NCBI GenBank assembly: GCA_020523885.1
Contig: JAJAPY010000019.1
Span: 586-64,585 of the forward strand
Source of the DNA: Candidatus Liberimonas magnetica
Lineage (GTDB): Bacteria; Elusimicrobiota; Endomicrobiia; Endomicrobiales; JAFGIL01
Reading direction: 5' to 3'
DNA: 64,000 nucleotides
Positions 24,584 to 32,956 of the stretch are shown one piece after another. The notes beneath the pieces are model-generated. The model worked only from the letters and a program-made list of their open reading frames with translations. It did not search any database and was not told the origin of the DNA. A program made the position numbers and the translations under genes. Position 1 is the stretch's first letter. The number at the start of each line of letters is the position of its first letter.

Positions 24584-27529
24584 ATGGTTAAAAAAACAAT
24601 AGAAAAAGATAATATAAAAGAGATAGTTGAAGGCTTAAACAACGCACAAAAAGAAGCTGTGGAGCATTCTCAAGGGCCACTTCTTATAATCGCAGGCGCA
24701 GGTACCGGAAAAACCCGGGTCATAACAAGGAAAATAGCATATTTAATATCTACTAAAAAGGCAAAACCCTCCGAGATACTTGCCTTAACTTTTACGGACA
24801 AAGCAGCGACCGAGATGGAAGAACGGGTTGACCTCTTAGTGCCTTACGGGTTCAATGACGTATGGATATCCACGTTCCACGCGTTCGGGGACAGGGTCTT
24901 AAGAGAAAATGCCATAGAAATAGGCCTTTCACCGGATTTTACCATATTAAACCAGCAGGAAGCAGCGGTATTTTTCAAAGACAACCTGTTTTCTTTTGAG
25001 ATGAATTATTTCAGGCCTCTTGGAAATCCGAGCCAATATATAAATGCGCTCTTAACCGCGTTCAGTCGAGCAAAAGATGAAAATATCGGCCCAAAAGAAT
25101 ACCTGTCTTATGCAAAGAACAAAATAGCAGGCGCCAATAGCCCGGAAGAAAAAGAAGAAGCCCAGAAAAACATGGAAGTTGCCCTGGCTTATGAAAAGTA
25201 TGAAGAGTTAAAAAAGAAAAATAATTATCTTGATTTTGGCGACCAGGTGATTTTAGCGTTTAACCTTCTTAAAGAGCACCCGTCCTTGTTAAAGAAATAC
25301 CAGAATAAGTTCAAATATATCCTTGTGGACGAGTTCCAGGACACGAACTATACCCAGTTTGAGCTTGTAAAGCTTCTTGCCAAAGAACATAGAAATATAA
25401 CCGTAGTAGGAGACGACGACCAGTCTATTTATAAATTCCGCGGCGCCTGCCTTTCAAATATCCTGGGATTTAATAAAGCCTACAAAGATGCTAAACAAGT
25501 GGTTTTACGCCAGAATTACCGCTCAACTCAAGGGATATTGAACTCAGCATACAAACTTATCACCCAGAACAACCCCGAACGGCTTGAGGTAAAAAATAAG
25601 ATAAATAAAGAGCTTGTTTCAACCCGGCTTGAAGGCCCGGCTGTCGAGCATCTATATTTTGACACTCTTTCCACGGAAGCTGATGAAACGGCAAAAAGGA
25701 TAAAGGAAAAAGTTGAAAGCGGGAAATTTTCCTGGAAGGACTTTGCTATCCTTGTCCGGTCTAACGCTTCTGCAGAACCTTTTTTAAAATCTTTGAACTA
25801 TTTAAATATCCCGTGGAAATTTTCCGGCCAGGCAGGTTTATATAAACGCGAAGAGATAAGGCTTCTTCTTTCTTTTTTACGGGTAATGGCAAACCCGAAC
25901 GACTCTTTGAGCCTGCACTATTTTTCTTCAAGCGATCTCTATGATTTTGACCCTATCGATATCTCTACAGTTAACCACACGGCTTCGTATTACGGCCGCT
26001 CTATGATGGACGTGCTTAGGAATTTAGGACAGTACAAAGAGTTGTCGAGCCTAGCGGATAAAACAAAAAGCGGGATAAGTAAACTGTTGAATGACCTGGA
26101 AGAATATTACAAGATAGCTCAAAGTTCAAGAACAGGCGAGCTGTTATACAAGTTCCTTAAAAGAACTAAGATCCTTGAGCGGTTGTACAACTCAACATCT
26201 TATCTTGAAGTCGAGCAGGCGCAGAACATCGCAAAATTCTTTAAGATAATCGAGCGTTTTGGCAACATTGTATCCTATGACAGGGTCAATGCTTTTGTCG
26301 ACTATATAGATTCACTTTTATTCGTGGGCGACGACCCTACGGTAGATGAGCCGGACTTTGACCTTGATGCTGTAAACGTGCTTACCATTCATAAGGCAAA
26401 GGGCTTAGAATTTTCCGTGGTATTTATGGTGTCTCTTGTAGAAGACAGGTTCCCCTCAAGGAATAAAAGAGATTTGATAGAGCTTCCGGATGAGCTGATA
26501 AAGGATATCCTGCCGCAGGGAGATTTTCATCTCCAGGAAGAAAGGCGGCTTTTTTATGTAGGGATGACGCGCTCAAAAGACGAGCTCTACCTGACAAGCG
26601 CCCGGGATTACGGCGGAAAGCGCGCAAAAAAGGTTTCCCGTTTTGTCCTGGAAGCACTTGATAAGCCGAAAGCTGATGAAGAGGTTTTTAAATCAAGCAT
26701 CAAAGAACAGCTGGAACGGTTTGCTCCGGTAGAGCGAAAAATAGATTTTTCAAGCATTTTACCAAAAGACCAGGGGACACTGAAACTTTCCCCCTATGCC
26801 ATAGATGATTATCTTACCTGTCCGTTAAAATATAAGTATGTCCATGTCCTGCGGGTGCCTATTTTAAGGCACCATTTGCTTATTTACGGCGAAGTTATCC
26901 ATAAGGTTTTAAAGGAGTATTACAAGCAAAGAAAAGAAAACAAAAAATTCACTAAAGACGACCTCGTAGAGCTTTACAAAAAGTTCTGGTCGTCAGCCGG
27001 GTTTTTGTCCAGGGAACACGAAGAAGAACGTTTCAGGAGCGGGCAAGAAATGCTTGTAAATTATTTTAACGAGGAACAAAAAAGGGACTTCGTCCCTTTA
27101 TCCGTAGAGGAAGACTTTAAATTCATGCTTGATGATTCCGTTAAGGTTCTCGGCCGTTGGGACAGGCTTGATGAAAGGCTTGAGGAAGGAAATAAAATAA
27201 GGGTCATTGTAGATTTTAAGACAACCGCCAGGATAAAAGACCAGAAATCAGCAGATAAAGAGATAAAACAGAGCGGCCAGCTCTTAATCTACGCGCTGGG
27301 CCATAAAATGAAGTACGGAAAACTCCCTGATTATGTCGAACTCCATTTCTTAGAGCCAAACATTATTTCAAAACTAAAACCAGAAGATAAGGATATCGAT
27401 GAATTGAAAGAAAAGATAAAAACCGTAGCCTGCGGTATAAAAGCCCAGAACTTTACAGCCGAACCATCCTATATGGCATGCCAGTACTGCGCCTATTCCA
27501 ATATTTGCCCAAAACAGGAAAATAATTAA
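24584..27529 (+). CDS. UvrD/PcrA-type SF1 helicase fused to a C-terminal RecB/Cas4-like PD-(D/E)XK nuclease with Fe-S cysteines
   Basis: AGAGTGKT, VDEFQDTN, QNYRST and YVGMTRSK are helicase motifs. The C-terminus has GRWDRLD, VIVDFKT and QLLIYALG, plus Cys in YLTCPLKY and CQYCAYSNIC (C...Cx2Cx5C). Confidence 0.8.
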   Translation: MVKKTIEKDNIKEIVEGLNNAQKEAVEHSQGPLLIIAGAGTGKTRVITRKIAYLISTKKAKPSEILALTFTDKAATEMEERVDLLVPYGFNDVWISTFHAFGDRVLRENAIEIGLSPDFTILNQQEAAVFFKDNLFSFEMNYFRPLGNPSQYINALLTAFSRAKDENIGPKEYLSYAKNKIAGANSPEEKEEAQKNMEVALAYEKYEELKKKNNYLDFGDQVILAFNLLKEHPSLLKKYQNKFKYILVDEFQDTNYTQFELVKLLAKEHRNITVVGDDDQSIYKFRGACLSNILGFNKAYKDAKQVVLRQNYRSTQGILNSAYKLITQNNPERLEVKNKINKELVSTRLEGPAVEHLYFDTLSTEADETAKRIKEKVESGKFSWKDFAILVRSNASAEPFLKSLNYLNIPWKFSGQAGLYKREEIRLLLSFLRVMANPNDSLSLHYFSSSDLYDFDPIDISTVNHTASYYGRSMMDVLRNLGQYKELSSLADKTKSGISKLLNDLEEYYKIAQSSRTGELLYKFLKRTKILERLYNSTSYLEVEQAQNIAKFFKIIERFGNIVSYDRVNAFVDYIDSLLFVGDDPTVDEPDFDLDAVNVLTIHKAKGLEFSVVFMVSLVEDRFPSRNKRDLIELPDELIKDILPQGDFHLQEERRLFYVGMTRSKDELYLTSARDYGGKRAKKVSRFVLEALDKPKADEEVFKSSIKEQLERFAPVERKIDFSSILPKDQGTLKLSPYAIDDYLTCPLKYKYVHVLRVPILRHHLLIYGEVIHKVLKEYYKQRKENKKFTKDDLVELYKKFWSSAGFLSREHEEERFRSGQEMLVNYFNEEQKRDFVPLSVEEDFKFMLDDSVKVLGRWDRLDERLEEGNKIRVIVDFKTTARIKDQKSADKEIKQSGQLLIYALGHKMKYGKLPDYVELHFLEPNIISKLKPEDKDIDELKEKIKTVACGIKAQNFTAEPSYMACQYCAYSNICPKQENN

Positions 27530-27538
27530 TTCAGGTCA

Positions 27539-27575
27539 CATTGAAAATTCGGTGGCAAAGACCGAATTTTCAATG
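27539..27575 (+). terminator. terminator-like hairpin after the helicase gene (no T run)
   Basis: Perfect 15-bp stem cattgaaaattcggt/accgaattttcaatg with a 7-nt loop. A second 8-bp hairpin (atcgttca/tgaacgat) follows. Confidence 0.45.
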
Positions 27576-27683
27576 TAAAACTGTTCATTGTAATGTTCTT
27601 ATCGTTCATTATATTGAACGATGGGATTTTGAAGATTCTCCACTTTATTATTGCTTTTTTTTGCACAACAATTTAGGCAACGC

Positions 27684-27712
27684 TTGACAATCCAATTTCA
27701 AAGAATTACAAT
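27684..27712 (+). promoter_or_regulatory. sigma70-like promoter
   Basis: TTGACA (27684-27689), 17-bp spacer, TACAAT (27707-27712); 58 nt upstream of the ATG at 27770. Confidence 0.55.
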
Positions 27713-27769
27713 CTAACCATACTTGCCAAATATACTCCACACTGACTTTATTCAGCCAATTATTGAATA

Positions 27770-28267
27770 ATGAATGACAAACAAAAGTTAAAACTTATTC
27801 TCATAACAGGTCTTGTTTGCACCGCTCTTGGCGGATGGCTCCTGCATTTACGAATTCACACCATTCAAAGCAATCCATCAAACTATCTTCCATTTTTATC
27901 GGGCATATTCAGCATAATAATTCTGCCGTTAATGTTCTATTTCAGGCCAACAGTTACCTATGCCTATATCCTAAACGGAATGACCGTAATAATAGGCACT
28001 ATAACAATGGCGCATTTTTCGATAGCCAACCTGCCGCCGGAAATAACCTTAGGTACTATTATTTTAAGAACAACATTCGCAGACATAATGCTTCTTTTTA
28101 CAAAACTTTTTATAGGAAAAGCCATATTCGACCTCAACACTTATAACCCCGAAGGAAGTTCCACCATAAAAGGCAGGTTTTTCAGGTATCCGAATATGGG
28201 TTTCTGGTGGGTGCATTTGTTTGCCATGTCCGTCGTTTACACTCTCGGACATGTTTTGTGGAGGTAA
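27770..28267 (+). CDS. polytopic membrane protein, unknown function
   Basis: 165 aa with about 5 hydrophobic helices. The C-terminal helix is FFRYPNMGFWWVHLFAMSVVYTLGHVLWR. Confidence 0.55.
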   Translation: MNDKQKLKLILITGLVCTALGGWLLHLRIHTIQSNPSNYLPFLSGIFSIIILPLMFYFRPTVTYAYILNGMTVIIGTITMAHFSIANLPPEITLGTIILRTTFADIMLLFTKLFIGKAIFDLNTYNPEGSSTIKGRFFRYPNMGFWWVHLFAMSVVYTLGHVLWR

Positions 28268-28270
28268 TAA

Positions 28271-28366
28271 ATGTTCAGGTTCATGCTTTTTAAACCCGGC
28301 TGGTGGATACTGCATATACTTATGATAATTTTCATGTTCTGGCTCGGGCATGTAATAAGGTTTTAA
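28271..28366 (+). CDS. 31-aa single-helix membrane peptide (not in the ORF track)
   Basis: MFRFMLFKPGWWILHILMIIFMFWLGHVIRF starts 1 nt after the TAATAA of the upstream gene. It repeats that gene's last helix (FRx..GWW.H...LGHV). Confidence 0.5.
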   Translation: MFRFMLFKPGWWILHILMIIFMFWLGHVIRF

Positions 28367-28443
28367 CATATAAGTAAGGTACTTGCTTCCGAGATTACTA
28401 AGGAAAGATAGTATACTTAGTGAAGCTTGATGATATGGCTGAC

Positions 28444-28459
28444 ACCATATGGTATAAAT
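28444..28459. promoter_or_regulatory. palindrome ACCATATGGT fused to TATAAAT upstream of the STAND gene
   Basis: accatatggtataaat equals the right arm of the MNT operator (accataaacatggtataaat) minus 4 nt. TGGTATAAA resembles an extended -10 element. It ends 24 nt before the STAND ATG at 28483. Confidence 0.45.
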
Positions 28460-28482
28460 TATTTGTTTGAAAGTGAGGGAAA

Positions 28483-31140
28483 ATGAAGATAATTGAACTA
28501 ATGAAACAAAGAATTCAAGATGAAGGTAATGATTCAGATTTTACAAGATTCTATAATAATATGTTATATGGTGAAATGGTAATAAAATGGATTGTTTGTG
28601 GTATTGCGGCAGGAATTGAAGATGATGTAGATAGAAATCAATATCAGATTTACTACAATCTAATACGCTCAAATGCAATCGGTGACTGGGTAACTAATCT
28701 AGAGAAGATATTGCAACAGCTGCCTTCTCAATATCTAATTGAAGAGGTAAAAATAAAAGAAAGGAAGGAATTAACAGAAAAAGTTGGAAGTGGAAAATGG
28801 CAGTATGAAATGGCTTTGTCTATATTTCAGTGTTTGAATTCCTTAGATGAAAGCACGGACAATTTGCCAACTAAAGTAGATGCATTAGAGTGGTTTAGAA
28901 GATTTGTAACATTAAGAAATAAATTTAGGGGTCATGGGGCACAGAGAGGGGCTAAATGTGCTGAGTTGTGTGAAATGTTAGAAAACTCTATTGATATTCT
29001 AGTAAACAACTTCATATTGTTTAAACGACCATGCGTATTTTTATACAGAAATCTATCAAAAAAATATAGGGTGTCTCAAATTTCAGAAAGTAATGATTAC
29101 TTTGAGAGCTTAAAAACTGAAGAAGGAAAAAAATGTAATTATGAAGATGGTATTTTTATAGCTTTTGGTACAGATATAAATATTATCAAATTAGTAGAAT
29201 CCGATGCTGATCTAAGTGATTTCTATTTTTCAAATGGGCAATATAATGACAAAAATTGTGATTATGAGATGCTTTCTTATATAACAGGAAATAAAATAAG
29301 AAATATCGATAATTTTTATACTGTACCTATTGAAACGCTCCCAAAAAGTGAAACATCAAGTATGGGTGAGTTAGATGTATTTCATAATAATGTGTTTTCA
29401 AATATTCCAACACAAAGACCTGGCTATATCAAGCGTTTAGAGTTGGAAAATCAACTAAAAGAGCAATTATTATTAACAGAAAGACATCCAATAATAACGT
29501 TACAAGGTAAGGGAGGGATTGGAAAGACAACTCTTGCATTACAAGTGCTACACGAGATTGCGCAAAGCCCTTATATACCTTACAAGATGATAATATGGCT
29601 GAGTGCAAGAGATATTGATTTGACTTCAGAAGGACCAAAAGCTGTTAAGCCTGATGTGATTTCAAAAAAGCAATTTTCAAAAGAATATGCACTTTTAGTT
29701 TTGGGAAAGAATAAAGCTAAAGGGATGAATTATGAGGAATATTTTTCTTCACAATTAAGCAAGGGGGCATTGGGCCCAACTCTTTTTATATTTGACAATT
29801 TTGAAACAGTAGAAAATCCATTTGATGTGTTTAAATATCTTGATTCTTTTATTAGACTACCTAATAAAATATTGATTACTACTAGAATAAGAGATTTTAA
29901 AGCAGATTATCCTTTAATAGTGTCAGGAATGACAAAGAATGAAAGCTTCCAGTTAATTGAAAATATAAGTAATGAAATTGGATTAAGTCAATTATTGCAC
30001 GAAGAATATAAGCTTGAGTTATATAAAGAATCAGGGGGACATCCATATATTATAAAAATACTTTTAGGGGAATGTGCTAAGAAAAAACAATTAGTTAAAC
30101 CAGATATAGTATTACAAGATTTAGACAAGCTATTAGATGCTCTGTTTGAAAGAAGTTATATAAATCTATCAAAAGCTGCCCAAAGAATATTTTTACTTCT
30201 TTGTTCTTGGAAGTCCGCAATACCTGAAATCGCACTGGAGTTAGCGATGTTGTCTGCTAGAGAGAAAATAGATGTTTCAGAAACTCTTAATGAGCTTGTT
30301 AATAGTTCTTTTATTGAAGAAGAAGTTTCAGAAAATGACAATTTTTATTATGCTCCTTTAGCAGCATTAACTTTTGGTAAAAGAAAATTGAAGGTAAGCT
30401 CTTTGAAGGCAATTGTTGAAGTAGATTCAATCTTTCTTCAGAAATTTGGAGTAACGAAGAGCGCTGAAATTAAAAAAGGGATTCTTCCTAAAATCAATAG
30501 ATTTGTTAGAAAAGTGGCTGAAGAAATAAGTAGTGGGACAACTAGTCTGGCTGCGCATAAAAATAATTTTGACTATATTGCTTCAAAAGTGCCCCAAGCT
30601 TGGCTAAGCATCGCAAAATTATATAAAGAACAAGATAATTTAGATAATGCAATTGAAACTACTAGGAAATATCTAGAAAGAGAAGATGGAGAAGAAGGTA
30701 AGCTAAAGGCATGGGAAGAATTAACTAAATTATATGAATTAAAGAAAGATTACAAAAATGAATTGCTAACACTTGTCGAAATATCGCAAAACAGAAAGTT
30801 GCAATTGTATGATTTGTCCAATATTGTAAATAGAATAATTATTTTATGCAAAACGCTAAAGGATTTAGACCGAACCTCAGCTTTTGAGGTAGAGGAAAAG
30901 AAGTTGATGTTAAAAAAAGTTATAACTGTAATAGAGTTAAGAGATGATGAGCTTGATCCTACAGACTGTTCGCGAGTAGCATGGTTATTCTTAAATATTG
31001 GCGATACTAAAAAAGCATTAGATTATGCAAAAAAAGGCTTAGACATCGATAAGGCAAATTATTATTGTAGAAGTCTTATTGAGCGTATTGATAAAGAATA
31101 TAGGGGGCGAACGAGAAAAGGTGACAAAGTTGTAGAGTAG
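28483..31140 (+). CDS. STAND NTPase of NB-ARC/AP-ATPase type with unassigned N-terminal domain and C-terminal helical repeats
   Basis: P-loop GKGGIGKTTLA, Walker B LFIFDNFE, ILITTR, and GGHPYII (GLPL-like). The first 330 aa or so are unassigned. Much more AT-rich than its neighbours (15/60 G+C at 28483-28542 against 27/60 at 26401-26460, hand counts). Confidence 0.8.
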   Translation: MKIIELMKQRIQDEGNDSDFTRFYNNMLYGEMVIKWIVCGIAAGIEDDVDRNQYQIYYNLIRSNAIGDWVTNLEKILQQLPSQYLIEEVKIKERKELTEKVGSGKWQYEMALSIFQCLNSLDESTDNLPTKVDALEWFRRFVTLRNKFRGHGAQRGAKCAELCEMLENSIDILVNNFILFKRPCVFLYRNLSKKYRVSQISESNDYFESLKTEEGKKCNYEDGIFIAFGTDINIIKLVESDADLSDFYFSNGQYNDKNCDYEMLSYITGNKIRNIDNFYTVPIETLPKSETSSMGELDVFHNNVFSNIPTQRPGYIKRLELENQLKEQLLLTERHPIITLQGKGGIGKTTLALQVLHEIAQSPYIPYKMIIWLSARDIDLTSEGPKAVKPDVISKKQFSKEYALLVLGKNKAKGMNYEEYFSSQLSKGALGPTLFIFDNFETVENPFDVFKYLDSFIRLPNKILITTRIRDFKADYPLIVSGMTKNESFQLIENISNEIGLSQLLHEEYKLELYKESGGHPYIIKILLGECAKKKQLVKPDIVLQDLDKLLDALFERSYINLSKAAQRIFLLLCSWKSAIPEIALELAMLSAREKIDVSETLNELVNSSFIEEEVSENDNFYYAPLAALTFGKRKLKVSSLKAIVEVDSIFLQKFGVTKSAEIKKGILPKINRFVRKVAEEISSGTTSLAAHKNNFDYIASKVPQAWLSIAKLYKEQDNLDNAIETTRKYLEREDGEEGKLKAWEELTKLYELKKDYKNELLTLVEISQNRKLQLYDLSNIVNRIIILCKTLKDLDRTSAFEVEEKKLMLKKVITVIELRDDELDPTDCSRVAWLFLNIGDTKKALDYAKKGLDIDKANYYCRSLIERIDKEYRGRTRKGDKVVE

Positions 31141-31154
31141 GGGAACGGAGAGGG

Positions 31155-31189
31155 ACGTTGTTTGATAATACGATATTGAAAAGGATTAT
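31155..31189 (+). repeat. shared module M2, copy 2
   Basis: acgttgtttgataatacgatattGaaaagGattat, 33 of 35 identical to 7435-7469; starts 15 nt after the STAND stop. Confidence 0.75.
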
Positions 31190-31258
31190 GCGTTAAAATC
31201 CAAATAAGTAATGGTGCCAGGCATGACTTATGTGACTTATTGGATGTTCGGTGTCAGG

Positions 31259-31307
31259 CCCTCCTTCGCTAAAGCTACGGAAGGACACAGCTTGCCTAAT
31301 AACTCTT
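31259..31307 (+). repeat. shared module M4 (hairpin followed by GGACACAGCTT..TAATAAYT), copy 1
   Basis: tccttc-gctaaagctacg-gaagga-cacagcttgcctaataactc. Related copies lie at 32957-33000 and 35286-35332. Confidence 0.6.
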
Positions 31308-31352
31308 ACACGGATTCAGTTGATGCTCCACACCCTTTCAGCAATGTGTGAC

Positions 31353-31378
31353 GCCAACATCCACTTCCGCAATGGATG
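31353..31378 (+). repeat. shared module M5 (gccaacatcca..aatggatg hairpin), copy 1
   Basis: gccaacatccaCtTccgCaatggatg, 23 of 26 identical to 33415-33440. Stem is catcca/tggatg. Confidence 0.65.
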
Positions 31379-31578
31379 CCGGCCATCCGACTGTTTGAAT
31401 GCCTGTGCCTGGCTTGACTAAATGAACCAATGAATTACTAGAGATTGCGGCCGTGTCTATAAAAGTCACGATAGTTAGTGCAATTGAAAAAGTAATTTGG
31501 ATTTATTAAAAGGCCTTATCTATCACGACGCGATTTTTATCTGATTGTTAAATTAAGTATCAAGTATTAAAAATATTA

Positions 31579-31607
31579 TTGACATCTTACCATGTTTATG
31601 GTATATT
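31579..31607 (+). promoter_or_regulatory. sigma70-like promoter of the MNT-HEPN operon
   Basis: TTGACA (31579-31584), exact 17-bp spacer, TATATT (31602-31607). Confidence 0.6.
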
Positions 31608-31625
31608 TATACCATAAACATGGTA
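31588..31625. promoter_or_regulatory. perfect 18+2+18 bp palindrome (candidate operator) across the -10 element
   Basis: taccatgtttatggtata tt tataccataaacatggta. Each arm itself contains ACCAT-N4-ATGGT. Confidence 0.65.
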
Positions 31626-31644
31626 TAAATAGGATGTAGGGAAA

Positions 31645-32193
31645 ATGATATTTAATCTTCGTTCTAAAATCACCAGGAAAATACTTAATTTTTTCTTTCT
31701 AAACGATAAATCCAGGGTTTACGTTAATGAAATAGCCCGCCAGATCGAAGAAGAACCAAAGAATGTGTATAGGATATTAATCCGCCTTGAGGACTCAGGA
31801 ATACTAACCAGTGAGTTTTCGGGGCGTGAAAGGTATTTTACGGCAAACTTAAAAAGCAGCCTCTTAAAAGAATATAAAACCATTTTCATGAAAACTTCGG
31901 GTATTGAATCAATGCTAAAAAAAGCAGTAACGAAAAGACCTGAAATAAAAGAAGCTTTTATTTATGGGTCCTATGCAAGCGGGAAATATAAGCCGGGAAG
32001 CGATATTGACCTCTTGCTGGTAGGCAATCACAAAAGCATGGATGCTCAAAAAATGATTTTTGACCTGCAAAAAACGTCAGGCAGTGAGATAAATGTCATT
32101 AATATTACCCCTGAAAACTTTAATAATAAAAAAACGGAAAAGGACCAGTTGATATCTTCTATTTTTTCCGGGAAAGTAATAAAACTATTATGA
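31645..32193 (+). CDS. winged-HTH fused to a minimal nucleotidyltransferase (MNT-type antitoxin-like)
   Basis: N-terminal wHTH-like segment VYVNEIARQIEEEPKNVYRILIRLEDSGIL, then NTase signature GSYASGKYKPGSDIDLLLVG. The stop overlaps the next ATG (ATGA). Confidence 0.7.
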   Translation: MIFNLRSKITRKILNFFFLNDKSRVYVNEIARQIEEEPKNVYRILIRLEDSGILTSEFSGRERYFTANLKSSLLKEYKTIFMKTSGIESMLKKAVTKRPEIKEAFIYGSYASGKYKPGSDIDLLLVGNHKSMDAQKMIFDLQKTSGSEINVINITPENFNNKKTEKDQLISSIFSGKVIKLL

Positions 32194-32576
32194 AATTTGA
32201 CAAAAATCATTTTATTGAGCAGAAATTTACACCTAATGAGCTTGAAAAGATACGGAAATCTGCCAAACGAAACATGGAGTTAGCAGGCTCAAGCAGTGCC
32301 CCTGAAATAATTTTTCATTTCTCATACATGGCTCTTATAAAAATTGGTATTTACTGTATAGCCAAAGAAGGATACAGGGTTAAAAGTCGGCCTGGCCACC
32401 ATGTAAAAATAATTGAAGCTCTTAGCCAAATCTTGGGATCAAAAGATATTTTGATTGCCGGAGATAAAATGCGCAAAGACAGGAATATCGATCTTTATAG
32501 CGGGGATGCCGTAATTGACGTGAAAGAAGCCGAAGAGTATTATGAAATAGTTAAGCAGTTTGTTAATACAATCTAA
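32190..32576 (+). CDS. HEPN-domain protein (toxin-like partner of MNT)
   Basis: 128 aa, predicted helical, MRKDRNIDLYSGD matches my recollection of the HEPN R-N-x-x-x-Y/H region. 4-nt overlap with the NTase gene. Confidence 0.55.
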   Translation: MKFDKNHFIEQKFTPNELEKIRKSAKRNMELAGSSSAPEIIFHFSYMALIKIGIYCIAKEGYRVKSRPGHHVKIIEALSQILGSKDILIAGDKMRKDRNIDLYSGDAVIDVKEAEEYYEIVKQFVNTI

Positions 32577-32624
32577 AGTTGTCGTTACCCGTCTAAAATC
32601 AGTGCGGAAATAGCGGCCTAATTG

Positions 32625-32654
32625 CGTGTCAGGCTTTACTTGCTTTACTTATTC
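32625..32654 (-). repeat. shared module M3, inverted copy
   Basis: The reverse complement gaataagtaaagcaagtaaagcctgacacg matches 5762-5790. Confidence 0.6.
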
Positions 32655-32674
32655 AGGGCTCGAATAGGGAAATT

Positions 32675-32923
32675 ATGACTAAACTTGAAATAAAATATCC
32701 TTGCGAATGGAGTTACACCGTTATCGGTGCGGATGAGGGCTTACTGCGGGGTGCGATAGCCGAAGTCTTTTGCGGCAAGGAACATAGTATGGAGTTTTCA
32801 AAAAAGAGTAAGGCTGGAAAATACATTTCACTCATCACCAAAACAAAAGTAACCGATGAAGATGAGCGGGTTAAGCTATGCAATTTGTTGAGCAAGCATC
32901 CGGCAATAAAAATGGTTTTGTAA
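32675..32923 (+). CDS. DUF493/YbeD-like small protein
   Basis: 82 aa: YPCEWSYTVIG...SKAGKYISLITKTKV...IKMVL fits the YbeD family pattern. Confidence 0.65.
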   Translation: MTKLEIKYPCEWSYTVIGADEGLLRGAIAEVFCGKEHSMEFSKKSKAGKYISLITKTKVTDEDERVKLCNLLSKHPAIKMVL

Positions 32924-32956
32924 ACAAAATATTAAAAGGAATTCGGGGGACACACA

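Noticed and set aside
27817-28146. 109-aa plus-strand ORF in an alternative frame of the membrane protein gene
   Set aside because: It overlaps the 165-aa hydrophobic ORF completely and lacks membrane or other features. The 27770 frame gives coherent TM helices and follows a consensus promoter.
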